Shown here piece after piece: positions 1 to 9,175 of a stretch of 64,000 bases of DNA. Within the stretch, counting starts at the first letter, position 1. Every line of letters starts with the position of its first letter. The notes below the pieces were generated by a model. That model was not told the DNA's origin, ran no database searches, and was given only the letters and a program-made list of their open reading frames with translations. The DNA comes from Candidatus Woesebacteria bacterium (lineage in GTDB: Bacteria; Patescibacteriota; Saccharimonadia; Saccharimonadales; EFPC-124), in the NCBI GenBank assembly GCA_050115675.1, contig JASFQB010000006.1, forward strand, positions 34,211 to 98,210, written 5' to 3'. The position numbers and the translations under genes are program-made.

Positions 1-130
1 ATTACAAAAGGCAAACTTAACTTCATACCATAAACGGTATGGGCAAAATTTGGTAACTTTACGGACGCGCTTTGCGGCGACGTTCTGTTTTAAATATTTT
101 TAAAGCACGTCAAGAACCAATGCACCGCTC

Positions 131-215
131 GGCAAGGTTTCTCCAAAACTCTGCTATACTTACTGCCATCAGGGCGTAGGCGTAGTTATGAAGGAGAAAC
201 CTTGCCATTTTTTAT
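131..215 (+). terminator. Long perfect hairpin (arms 131-144 and 193-206, about 48-nt loop) followed by a T-run; terminator of an upstream gene or 3' end of a small RNA
   Basis: ggcaaggtttctcc ... ggagaaaccttgcc then attttttat read directly; no ORF >=60 aa in 1-313 on either strand. Confidence 0.4.
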
Positions 216-307
216 GTCACATAAATAAATTATTAAAAAGTAGCACTACACACACTACCATCTTAGTCTATTTAATGCTATAATTAGTGTAGATCAACGC
301 GCGTGTT

Positions 308-336
308 TTGACATTAAGCTAAGTTTGTTATATAAT
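308..336 (+). promoter_or_regulatory. Consensus sigma-70 promoter TTGACA-N17-TATAAT
   Basis: TTGACA 308-313, 17-nt spacer, TATAAT 331-336, 20 nt upstream of ATG 357. Confidence 0.7.
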
Positions 337-356
337 TCATAATAGTAACAGTACCT

Positions 357-1433
357 ATGGGAAGAAGACAAATGAACGAAACAACCGAACTAGCAGTAGT
401 AGATATAAATGCTGCGGTCAAGGAAATATTATCAACCATCGAACGCGAACGCGAACGCGAAATAGTTGCGCGTCGCTTTGGCCTGTACGAACGAAAAGAA
501 ACACTAGAGCAAATTGGAGAGCTGCTAGGCATTACTCGCGAGCGAGTACGTCAGCTAGAGAAGGCAATTATGATTCGCCTTAAAATCTCTGCCGAAGACA
601 ACTTACCTCACATAGAAAAACTAGAAAAACTTCTTGTCCGAAACCTGTACGACCTTGGTCGAGTAGCTAAGCTAAGCGACCTTACTGCTCAAATTACCCC
701 TAAAAATACAGAGCGCGACCGAGCGCACATTGCATTTGTTGCCGAACTAGCCCCCAGAATTGTTGTTATAGAAGAAAACGACCAATACCACCACAGCATT
801 GCCATTAAAGAGCACCACGACGAAAAAAAGGTTAAATCTTTTGTTGATGAGATTGTCGGCAGTATTAAAAAACACGGCGAGCCTATTAGCACAGAGGACC
901 TTCACCAAAAAAGCGAACACGACCACCCCGACCACGTTCGCGCACTTGCCAGCCTAAGTAAAGATTTGGCTACCCTAAAAGACAAATGGGGACTAAGCAA
1001 ATGGCCAACCGTCAATCCAAAAAATATTCGCGATAAAATTTACGTCATTTTACAGCAGCACAACAGCCCAATGCACTTTAACGGAATCGCCAAGGCTATT
1101 AAAGGCTCTGACTTTAAGCGAAAAGACGTTACAACTCAGGCTATTCACAACGAACTAATCAAAGATAGCCGTTTTGTATTGATTGGCCGCGGTATTTATG
1201 CCTTAAAAGAGTGGGGTTTTAAAAAAGGTACGGTTGCAGACATAATCACCGAAATTCTTAAAAAAGAAGGTGGCCCACTGCATCGCGACGAAATTGTTAA
1301 ACGCGTACTTAAACACCGTCAGGTAAAAGAAACTACAATCCTGCTTAATTTGCAGGGCAAACAGCACTTTAAGCGAGTGGCTAAGGCAACATACGCAATT
1401 GCTGATACTCCCGCTACTACAAAACAGAAGTAA
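357..1433 (+). CDS. Sigma-70 region-4 HTH protein with C-terminal HARE-HTH / winged-helix-like modules
   Basis: ARRFGL..TLEQIGELLGITRERVRQLEKAIMIRLK matches sigma region 4; C-terminal IYVILQQH..RFVLIGRGIYALKEWG resembles HARE-HTH. Alternative start ATG 372. Confidence 0.75.
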   Translation: MGRRQMNETTELAVVDINAAVKEILSTIEREREREIVARRFGLYERKETLEQIGELLGITRERVRQLEKAIMIRLKISAEDNLPHIEKLEKLLVRNLYDLGRVAKLSDLTAQITPKNTERDRAHIAFVAELAPRIVVIEENDQYHHSIAIKEHHDEKKVKSFVDEIVGSIKKHGEPISTEDLHQKSEHDHPDHVRALASLSKDLATLKDKWGLSKWPTVNPKNIRDKIYVILQQHNSPMHFNGIAKAIKGSDFKRKDVTTQAIHNELIKDSRFVLIGRGIYALKEWGFKKGTVADIITEILKKEGGPLHRDEIVKRVLKHRQVKETTILLNLQGKQHFKRVAKATYAIADTPATTKQK

Positions 1434-1476
1434 GCATTTGCGCTAAAGCGCAGTTTGCGAGACAATAATAAAAACT

Positions 1477-4239
1477 ATGGATTCAATATTCTCGTTACTT
1501 TTAGGTGCAATTGGCAAGTGGTATATATGGCTACCAATTGTCGTCGTACTTGTATATTTAGCCTTCAGGAACAACAGGCGAGCAAAGACCCTGCTTGATA
1601 TGGAGCACACTTTGTTGATCCTCGAAATTCCACGCACCAACGACAAAAAAGAACTGGCTGCCGAACATATGTTTGCAAGCCTGCACGGTATATTGCGATC
1701 TAAAAAAGAACTAGCCGCACAGGGTGGGCTACAAGAGCACATTAGTTTTGAAATCGCCGCAATAAACAAGCAAATCAAGTTTTACGTTTGGGTTCCAAAA
1801 CATTTACGTAACTTTGTAGAAGGCCAAATTTATGCTCAATATCCAACCGTACAAATTCATGAAGCAGACGAAGATTATGCCGCCCAAAGTGCAGGACAGC
1901 CCGTACAGCATGTGACCGAGCTGACGTTAACCGATAACGAAGTTTTGCCAATTAAAAGCTTTCAGAGTTTTGAAGTTGACCCTTTGGCTGGCATAACTGC
2001 AACTCTTGCAAAGCTAGAAGAATCCAACGAAGAAATGTGGATTCAGATCTTGGCGCGTCCAATTGCCGATGATTGGCACAAAAAATCTAGTGCATACATA
2101 TCCAAGGTTAAATCTGGCAAAAGCAGCAACGCTACCATTAAATATTTGTTTCAGGCACTTGGAGCTTTAACCAAACCACCCGAAGGCAAAGATGCCTCAA
2201 AAGCACCCGAGCTTAGCGAAAGAACAAAAGGCCGCATTAGCGAAGTAGAGAAGAAGAGCAATAAGCTTGGCTATCAGGTTAAAATTCGCATTGCATACCT
2301 TGGCAACGACCAAACAACCGCCAGGCTGCGCATGCAGGCTATTATCGGCACATTTAAGCAGTTTAACTCAACCAACCTAAACGGGTTTAAGCAAAAGGGG
2401 ATCGACGCATCAGAAGACGGCGTAGCGCAGTACAGAGCGCGCTTTTTTGTGGACAGGGGATACATTTTAAATATTGAAGAACTTGCCAGCTTATTTCACT
2501 TTCCACACACAAATGTCGAGACTCCAAGTATTGTTTGGGCCAGCTCAAAAACGGCCGAGCCTCCTGCGAAGCTTCCTGTAATAACAGGGGAGGCAGTTCA
2601 CGACAACGAGGTGAGCGCCTTTGGACTTACAAACTTTAGAGGCGTAAATCAGCAATTTGGACTTTATCGCTCTGACCGCGGCCGTCATGTATACATTATT
2701 GGACAGACCGGAGCGGGTAAATCTGGGCTTTTAGAGCTGTTTGCTCTTTCTGACGTTTTTCACAACCAGGGCTACGCAATTATTGACCCACACGGCGACT
2801 TTGCCATTAACAACATGCGGTTCATTCCGGCTTCGCGAATTAAAGACGTGGTTTACTTTAACCCGTCTGATACAGCGTTTCCAGTTGGATTTAACCCAAT
2901 GGAGGTTACCAATCCAGCCCTAAAAAACAACATTAGCTCTGAAATTATCGGCGTGCTAAAACGTATGTTTGGCGACAGCTGGGGGCCTCGCTTGGAGTAT
3001 ATTTTGCGCTACACCATTTTGGCGCTTTTGGATTACCCCGACTCAACAATGCTTGATATTACCAGAATGTTAACAGATAAAAAATTTCGCAAGGATGTTT
3101 TATCACGAGTGACAGACACAGTTGTGCTAAACTTTTGGAACATTGAATTTGGCAGTTGGAACGATAAGTTTGCTAACGAGGCTATTGCCCCTGTTTTAAA
3201 CAAGGTTGGAGCCTTTACTGCCAACCCGATTATTCGTAACATTATTGGTCAACCAAAGTCCACATTTAACATTCGCCAGCTAATGGACGAAGGTAAGATT
3301 TTAATTGTAAACCTAAGCAAAGGCCTTGTAGGCGAGGATAACGCTGCCATTTTGGGCGCCTTTTTGGTTATTAAAATTCAGCTTGCCGCCATGAGCCGCT
3401 CTGACATTGCAAACCTAGACGACCGCCGTCCATTTTACCTATACGTTGACGAGTTTCAAAACTTTGCAACAGACTCTTTTGCAACAATTTTGTCTGAGGC
3501 CCGAAAGTACGGACTAAACCTAACCGTGGCAAACCAGTACGTGTCACAGATGCAAGACACCGTGCGCGCAGCCGTATTTGGCAACGTTGGTACCACAATA
3601 AGCTTTAGAGTTAGTGCCGACGACGCGCCAATTTTAGCAAAGCCTTTTGCGCCACAATTTATGCCAGAGGATCTTCTGCAAATGCACAACCGACACTTTA
3701 TAGCTAGCATGGTTATTAGAGGTGAAAAAGCCAATGCTTTTTCGGCTACGACTTTAACATTACCACCAGCGCAAACCGACTTTACGCCTCAGATTGTTGA
3801 AAATACGCGCCGTCAATACGCCCGCACGCGTCATGAGGTTGAAGATATGATTAGCGAGAAAAACCAAGCGTTTACCCCACCACAGCAACAAGCTCCGCAA
3901 TCACAAGCACTTGCCAAAAAACACCCTATATCAGCTAGCGCAACTCCTGTTAAAAGATTCGACAATAGACCATTTGGCAACAATGGCCCAGAGCGGCCAA
4001 ATAAAGAGAGGGCCGAATTTAAATCAGCGTCACCACAAAAAACCAGCATACGCCCCCCTGAACAACCTCAGCGCATCAATAATCAAGATGAGGTCAAGCC
4101 AAGTAACAGCGAAACCAGCGAAAACAAAAAACGTCGTCGTCGAGGTGGAAAAAATAAAAACAATAGGAACGACAACAATTCAAATAATTCTCAACACAAA
4201 TCACCCAATAGTTTTGAAGCAGACATTCGCCTTAGATAA
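1477..4239 (+). CDS. TraD/VirD4-like P-loop ATPase (type IV coupling protein / FtsK-HerA superfamily) with N-terminal TM segment and low-complexity basic C-terminal tail
   Basis: Walker A GQTGAGKSG, Walker B FYLYVDEFQNF, ARKYGLNLTVANQY; the last ~170 aa are Q/P/N/K/R-rich (KKRRRRGGKNKNNRND). Confidence 0.75.
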   Translation: MDSIFSLLLGAIGKWYIWLPIVVVLVYLAFRNNRRAKTLLDMEHTLLILEIPRTNDKKELAAEHMFASLHGILRSKKELAAQGGLQEHISFEIAAINKQIKFYVWVPKHLRNFVEGQIYAQYPTVQIHEADEDYAAQSAGQPVQHVTELTLTDNEVLPIKSFQSFEVDPLAGITATLAKLEESNEEMWIQILARPIADDWHKKSSAYISKVKSGKSSNATIKYLFQALGALTKPPEGKDASKAPELSERTKGRISEVEKKSNKLGYQVKIRIAYLGNDQTTARLRMQAIIGTFKQFNSTNLNGFKQKGIDASEDGVAQYRARFFVDRGYILNIEELASLFHFPHTNVETPSIVWASSKTAEPPAKLPVITGEAVHDNEVSAFGLTNFRGVNQQFGLYRSDRGRHVYIIGQTGAGKSGLLELFALSDVFHNQGYAIIDPHGDFAINNMRFIPASRIKDVVYFNPSDTAFPVGFNPMEVTNPALKNNISSEIIGVLKRMFGDSWGPRLEYILRYTILALLDYPDSTMLDITRMLTDKKFRKDVLSRVTDTVVLNFWNIEFGSWNDKFANEAIAPVLNKVGAFTANPIIRNIIGQPKSTFNIRQLMDEGKILIVNLSKGLVGEDNAAILGAFLVIKIQLAAMSRSDIANLDDRRPFYLYVDEFQNFATDSFATILSEARKYGLNLTVANQYVSQMQDTVRAAVFGNVGTTISFRVSADDAPILAKPFAPQFMPEDLLQMHNRHFIASMVIRGEKANAFSATTLTLPPAQTDFTPQIVENTRRQYARTRHEVEDMISEKNQAFTPPQQQAPQSQALAKKHPISASATPVKRFDNRPFGNNGPERPNKERAEFKSASPQKTSIRPPEQPQRINNQDEVKPSNSETSENKKRRRRGGKNKNNRNDNNSNNSQHKSPNSFEADIRLR

Positions 4240-4298
4240 AAACACATGTGATATGATATAAAAGCTAATCTCAACACCAATCACATTTGGGAGTAAGC

Positions 4299-4496
4299 AT
4301 GAGAAAGCAACTTAGGACCCTACTAGTTGCTGCCATTGTTGCGCTACCTGGAATTGGCGTTTTAATATCGGCCAAGTTTGGCAACGAGCAACATATTGCA
4401 CTTGCAACAAACGTTGTATTGGTCATGGCCATCGTTGGCATCACTTTAGCTGTAATTGGCGAAGTTGCAAGACGCTACAAAAGTAAACAGCGATAA
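4299..4496 (+). CDS. Small membrane protein (two hydrophobic segments)
   Basis: RBS GGGAG 5 nt before ATG 4299; hydrophobic LLVAAIVALPGIGVLI and VVLVMAIVGITLAVIG. Confidence 0.5.
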   Translation: MRKQLRTLLVAAIVALPGIGVLISAKFGNEQHIALATNVVLVMAIVGITLAVIGEVARRYKSKQR

Positions 4497-4560
4497 AGTT
4501 GCGCTTGATAAACTTTTTTGGTAGCATGAGGTAGATTTTCTGAAGAAGAGGTGATCTGAT

Positions 4561-5031
4561 ATGGGCCACTCAGACAGGACCATCACCCAAAAGCAAATCG
4601 TATTGGCAGGTGATCCGCCAAAAGGTAGGTGCGAGAACGTAAGCTCGCTCATTGTAACTGGACTTTATGGCTTTGTTGTCATTGACAGAACAAGCTGGCT
4701 GCTTCATCCACACAGAGTGGAGTGGGATACGATACAGACCGCTCAGACAGCAGTCACCTTCACAATGATTATGGATTATGGCAAAGATTCACTTACCGTT
4801 TGCGGTGGCAGAACCACCCAGCAACGCGCAAATGGCTTTTCTTCGTACAGAAGGGTCTTTATTGCAAGAACAAGAAGAGACGTCGTCGAAGGCCTCAAAA
4901 CTATGCAGACAATTTCTAAGCTTGTGACGATTAGAGACAACGGCGAAGACCTTAGGCCAGATCAGAATTTTCGCAGTGGTGACCTTGCCACATATATCAA
5001 GATCGGCCGATCAGTAGAACTGATTAGTTAA
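4561..5031 (+). CDS. Hypothetical protein (orphan, no recognisable motif)
   Basis: 156-aa ORF with RBS GAGGTGA 6 nt upstream and a downstream hairpin terminator. Confidence 0.5.
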   Translation: MGHSDRTITQKQIVLAGDPPKGRCENVSSLIVTGLYGFVVIDRTSWLLHPHRVEWDTIQTAQTAVTFTMIMDYGKDSLTVCGGRTTQQRANGFSSYRRVFIARTRRDVVEGLKTMQTISKLVTIRDNGEDLRPDQNFRSGDLATYIKIGRSVELIS

Positions 5032-5047
5032 ATCAAAGCGACCGACC

Positions 5048-5092
5048 CGCCCCGTTATGCTCATGCAGAGCTGACGGGGCGATACTTATTTT
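5048..5092 (+). terminator. Hairpin terminator after ORF 4561-5031
   Basis: cgccccgt (5048-5055) pairs with acggggcg (5074-5081), followed by a T-rich tail. Confidence 0.55.
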
Positions 5093-5642
5093 ATAACACG
5101 CGCGCAAAAAATAAGAGACTGCCGCCTAAGCTGCCTACAAATGAGACAGCGGAACACAAGAACATCTAGAACAAAAATAGAACATTTTAACAATGCTCGT
5201 CTTGCAGTTTCTAAAATAAATATAATCAATTATCATTGCTGCATAGCACAATGATATTTTTATAAAAATAAGAAAATAGCCAAAACACAAAAACAGGCAA
5301 AACAAGAACAGCCAAAACCCATGATATTCAAAGATCACAAAAATAGAGGAGACAAGCACAGCAAAAGCCTAAAGATATCTCAAAACACATATACATACAC
5401 ACAAAAAAACATTAGATATCTTATGTCGCACAATATATCTTTTACGACATTGTCTAGATTGCACATAGTTGATTGGTAACCAGATGATCACCGAACAAAC
5501 TAGTCTTATATGCTTAGAATGAGGGGCAGGTCAGTTGAAATATAATTTTTTATATATAGAGAGACCTAAGAGCTGCAAGCCTGTTATGCATAAGTAAATA
5601 CATAAAAAAACACACGTCTTCAAACCAGCAGAGCCATTTGAC

Positions 5643-5651
5643 TTATCCACA
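5643..5651 (+). promoter_or_regulatory. Perfect DnaA-box 9-mer TTATCCACA in a long noncoding spacer
   Basis: Exact consensus read directly; lies at the A-rich to T-rich composition switch. Confidence 0.35.
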
Positions 5652-5857
5652 GGTACGCATTGTAATTTGCTTTTTTAATTTTTGTTGTTATTTTATATAT
5701 TTTTTTGTGTTTTCACGCCTCCCCGCCATTTTACTACCTTACCCTACTTTATTTGACTTTTTGCATATGTATTTTTTATATATATTTTTTATGTGCAGAA
5801 ACAATTAGTTATATAAGAACAAAAAACGAACATTTTAGTAGAGAAGCGCTAGTGCGC

Positions 5858-6781
5858 TCATTTGTAAAATGCTTTGTTTAGAACCCTTACGTCCACGTAT
5901 TGTGGCGTAATGTTTTTTGAATCAAAATATTTTAGTGCATTAGAGATATCCTCTGCCTGCTGCAACGGGTCACGATCGATATGTGTTTTTATTGGGTATT
6001 CCCTACCCTCAAGCGTTAGATCAATTTCACGAGTTGAGGTTGGTATTATCACTGCTTTTACCTTGCCTTGGTCGTTGGTATTTACTGCGCCTACAAGCTG
6101 TCCCAAAAAGCGTATAAAGCGCCGTGAAGCTACGGAGCTCCCCGAATCGGGTGATATGCCACTTTTATCCTCAACAGAGACCAAAGGCTGTTTAAAGTTG
6201 TCGTAAGTAAAGGCTACACCTTGATCGTCTACATAAAACTTTTGAGAATCCACTTGCCAGACTAATATGGGCTGCCTAAATTCAACCTCAAATTCTACAT
6301 CGCCACCATACCATTGCCGATAAGCTTCAAAATTTTCGATTTCTCCGTGTTTTTGCTGCATGTAATAATTTATTTGGTCAGTATCAAGCAAAAAGCCAAA
6401 GCGCTCTATTGGTCTTTCGCCAAAATATTCTTTTAATGAGCTTTGGTATTCAGAGATATTCGGAGTAGCATCTGTTAAGGCTATATAGTTGATCTTGCAA
6501 TCAGCTATGTAGTTAACTATCAAAAATGCCATAAACATCATCCCCAAAGCCAATAATCCTAATACTCGCAATATTTTTTTTCGTTCTTGATATAGTTCGT
6601 GAGCTTTTAGCCTTGGAGTCTTTAGCTGAGACCTACTTGCAGCAGTTGGCTTAACTTTTGCAGAAGTACTACCTGTTAAAGTGCGACTTCGCCTAAACAC
6701 ATAGCCAGCTTGATCAACAGACATTTTCTTTGGCTGTCGGCCAGACTCCTTTTTGTTTGTGTTTTTTTTGAACCACCCCAT
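5858..6781 (-). CDS. ftsQ: Cell division protein FtsQ/DivIB-like (N-terminal TM, POTRA-like region)
   Basis: Position directly after murG in the dcw cluster; single TM LGLLALGMMFMAFLIV followed by an extracytoplasmic domain. Confidence 0.6.
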   Translation of the reverse strand: MGWFKKNTNKKESGRQPKKMSVDQAGYVFRRSRTLTGSTSAKVKPTAASRSQLKTPRLKAHELYQERKKILRVLGLLALGMMFMAFLIVNYIADCKINYIALTDATPNISEYQSSLKEYFGERPIERFGFLLDTDQINYYMQQKHGEIENFEAYRQWYGGDVEFEVEFRQPILVWQVDSQKFYVDDQGVAFTYDNFKQPLVSVEDKSGISPDSGSSVASRRFIRFLGQLVGAVNTNDQGKVKAVIIPTSTREIDLTLEGREYPIKTHIDRDPLQQAEDISNALKYFDSKNITPQYVDVRVLNKAFYK

Positions 6782-6786
6782 TTTTA

Positions 6787-7965
6787 CTATTTAGCAACCT
6801 CCTGATGTTTGTGTATTGCAGCGGCCTCGGCTATCAATGCAGCGGTATCAACTGCAGCATCTGGCTTGGCAAACGAATGCAGACGCTGGCCCAATATTTT
6901 AGCTTTATCGGGATTATCTATCAACATGCGAATCGCCTTAAGCAGCATTAGCGGATTAACGACTAACTTGTCCTCGTCTATTACTATCGCCGCCTTGTCT
7001 TTTTGGTAAACTGCCGCATTTTTAAGCTGGTGACCGCCAGTTAATAGCGGGTTTGGAATAATTATTACAGGCTTTGTCATTGCAGCCAACTCCTGCATTG
7101 TAGTTGCTCCAGCGCGAGTTACTACAACATCTGCCGCACCAAACACTGGCGCCATGCCTGTAGAGATAAATGGCTTGATGATATAATCTATGTCCTCTGG
7201 CGCTTGCAAAACTACCTCTTTGTAGCCCAGATCACCAGTGATGTGAACAACAGCGGCACTTGGCAGTAGCTGTAAAGCAATCGTAGTCATTGACCTGTTG
7301 ATATTACGCGCACCAAGGCCACCGCCAGTTACTACAACTAAAGGTTTTTTCGTATTATGCAAGCCCAAGGCAGCTTTTAACTTTTGCTTTTGTGCGTCGG
7401 ATACAGGACGAAAACTTGAACTTACAGGTATGCCCACATAGTGGGTTCGCCCTTTTGGATAGTTGTAATTTTCTACTGGGCTACCAGTTGCGATACTGGC
7501 TGCATGCTTTGCAATGACACGATTCGTAAAACCCGGGTGAGCATCTGAGTCGTGTACCACTACAGGAATGTGCAATAAGTTTGCCGCAAGTCCAACTGGC
7601 ATACACACAAAACCACCTTTTGTAAAAACTACATCCGGCTTAACGCGAACTAACAAGATCAAACTCTGCACAAAACCAATTGCCGTATAAAATAGATCGC
7701 GAAGGTTTAATAAAACAGTCTGTATATCCAAAATTTGACGCAATATCGACATTTTGTGATAGCGCCTAAACTTACCGGCAAAAATTTGCTTCGTTTTCAC
7801 TGGCACAGAAGCTTTGCTCATAATTTGCGCTGCCTGAGCACCAAAATTTTTGTCGGTAACAAAATACGCCTTTAGTTTTGGGTCGTGTTTTGTTAGCTCG
7901 TTAATTACGGCCAATACGGGAGTTACGTGCCCACCTGACCCCCCGCCCGCTGCTACGATCTTCAT
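6787..7965 (-). CDS. murG: Undecaprenyldiphospho-muramoylpentapeptide beta-N-acetylglucosaminyltransferase MurG
   Basis: N-terminal MKIVAAGGGSGGHVTPVLAV G-loop, RAGATTMQELA; RBS AAGGAG 6 nt upstream. Confidence 0.9.
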   Translation of the reverse strand: MKIVAAGGGSGGHVTPVLAVINELTKHDPKLKAYFVTDKNFGAQAAQIMSKASVPVKTKQIFAGKFRRYHKMSILRQILDIQTVLLNLRDLFYTAIGFVQSLILLVRVKPDVVFTKGGFVCMPVGLAANLLHIPVVVHDSDAHPGFTNRVIAKHAASIATGSPVENYNYPKGRTHYVGIPVSSSFRPVSDAQKQKLKAALGLHNTKKPLVVVTGGGLGARNINRSMTTIALQLLPSAAVVHITGDLGYKEVVLQAPEDIDYIIKPFISTGMAPVFGAADVVVTRAGATTMQELAAMTKPVIIIPNPLLTGGHQLKNAAVYQKDKAAIVIDEDKLVVNPLMLLKAIRMLIDNPDKAKILGQRLHSFAKPDAAVDTAALIAEAAAIHKHQEVAK

Positions 7966-9175
7966 TCTTTACTCCTTTTGACCCATCTGTTGTTTGATGC
8001 ACTGTATATCTTGAAACCTGAAAAGCTAAACCCAACGCCATCATTATAAACAATAAGCTCGTGCCTCCAAAGCTCAAGAACGGCAATGTTACGCCTGTTA
8101 GCGGCAATAGTCCAAGCATCGCACCAACATTTACCACAGCATGCGTAAAGACCCACCCAAACACGCCTGCGATTATTAGTTTGTTGTATTCTATAGTAAC
8201 ATTATCCATGATTTTTAGCAGCCTAAAAAATAGCCCGCCAAAAATTACCAATATTGCTGATGTTCCGATAAAACCAAATTTTTCTGCCACTATGGCAAAT
8301 ATTGAGTCGTTGGCAGCTTCTGGCAGATATCCAAATGCCTGTATACTACGCCCCAACCCTTTGCCCGATACTCCCCCACTACCTATTGCAATTAGCGCTT
8401 GGTTTATATGATAGCCTGAAGAATCATCGCTATCTGAGGCTCCAGAAACAAAAGTTGTAATGCGCTCCATGCGATGTGGTGATGTTAGTGTAAAAATTAC
8501 ACCAGCTGCCAACAACGCTGCGGCTGTCAGTAAAATATACTTTTTATTTAGCCCACCTACGTAAAGCATGATTGCAACAATACCAAACATGGCTATACCC
8601 GTACCAAGGTCTTTTTGCAAGCCAATAATAATTATCGAAACCAACAGCATAAGCATCCCAAGAGGCACCAATGTTTCGTTTACGCTGTTTATCTTGCCTA
8701 GAGAAATCCTGTTCGCCAGAAAACCCGCGACAAAAATTAGTAAAGCAAATTTCAAAGCCTCTGCTGGCTGCAATGTCGAAAACCCCAGGTTAAGCCAACG
8801 ACACGCTCCATTTGTGCACAAAACAAACGAACTGCCAGCAAAAACGATCGGTATTAAACAAAGAATCAATGCACCAACCAAAATTTTGCCCTGATTTTTT
8901 TGCCAAAAGCTAAGCGGAATAAAACTTACTATCAAAAACGCAACTACTCCTGCAAGTAGGTAAAGCAGCTGTTTGTACATAAAGTAATCTTGGCTCAACT
9001 GATTGCCGGCAGCGTTAATGCGCGCGGTTAGCGCTGGGCTAATAGAATAAATTACAATTAGACCCAATAGCATCAAGATGCTCATAAAAAGCACCAGCAT
9101 AATATCCGGACGATGTCGTCTGACAACTTCCGTCGTTGATGCATATGACTGCCGCAGTCTACTGCTTTGGATCAA
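7901..9175 (-). CDS. ftsW: FtsW/RodA (SEDS) family lipid II polymerase/flippase
   Basis: Multi-TM SEDS-like sequence in dcw context. Start set at TTG 9175 overlapping the mraY stop (uncertain). The 3' end overlaps murG by 65 nt. Confidence 0.8.
   Translation of the reverse strand: MIQSSRLRQSYASTTEVVRRHRPDIMLVLFMSILMLLGLIVIYSISPALTARINAAGNQLSQDYFMYKQLLYLLAGVVAFLIVSFIPLSFWQKNQGKILVGALILCLIPIVFAGSSFVLCTNGACRWLNLGFSTLQPAEALKFALLIFVAGFLANRISLGKINSVNETLVPLGMLMLLVSIIIIGLQKDLGTGIAMFGIVAIMLYVGGLNKKYILLTAAALLAAGVIFTLTSPHRMERITTFVSGASDSDDSSGYHINQALIAIGSGGVSGKGLGRSIQAFGYLPEAANDSIFAIVAEKFGFIGTSAILVIFGGLFFRLLKIMDNVTIEYNKLIIAGVFGWVFTHAVVNVGAMLGLLPLTGVTLPFLSFGGTSLLFIMMALGLAFQVSRYTVHQTTDGSKGVKNEDRSSGRGVRWARNSRIGRN

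Noticed and set aside
438-461. Short tandem repeat (CGAACG)x4
   Set aside because: It lies inside the sigma-like CDS and simply encodes ERERERE. It is too short and lacks spacers, so it is not a CRISPR array or a regulatory array.
5135-5359. 74-aa minus-strand ORF inside the AT-rich spacer
   Set aside because: It is the translation of a T-rich low-complexity strand (F/L/I/C-rich). No RBS or promoter is seen, so it is most likely a compositional artefact.
5546-5800. DnaA box plus AT-rich repeats as a replication origin (oriC)
   Set aside because: Only one good DnaA box is present. No dnaA or dnaN lies nearby. Flanking genes converge on the region, which is the opposite of the divergent orientation expected at an origin. 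It is kept only as part of the unusual-spacer finding.
9172-9174. Possible UGA recoding (as in some CPR lineages)
   Set aside because: TGA terminates mraY and other well-defined genes at the expected lengths, and RF2 is encoded. The standard code 11 therefore applies.
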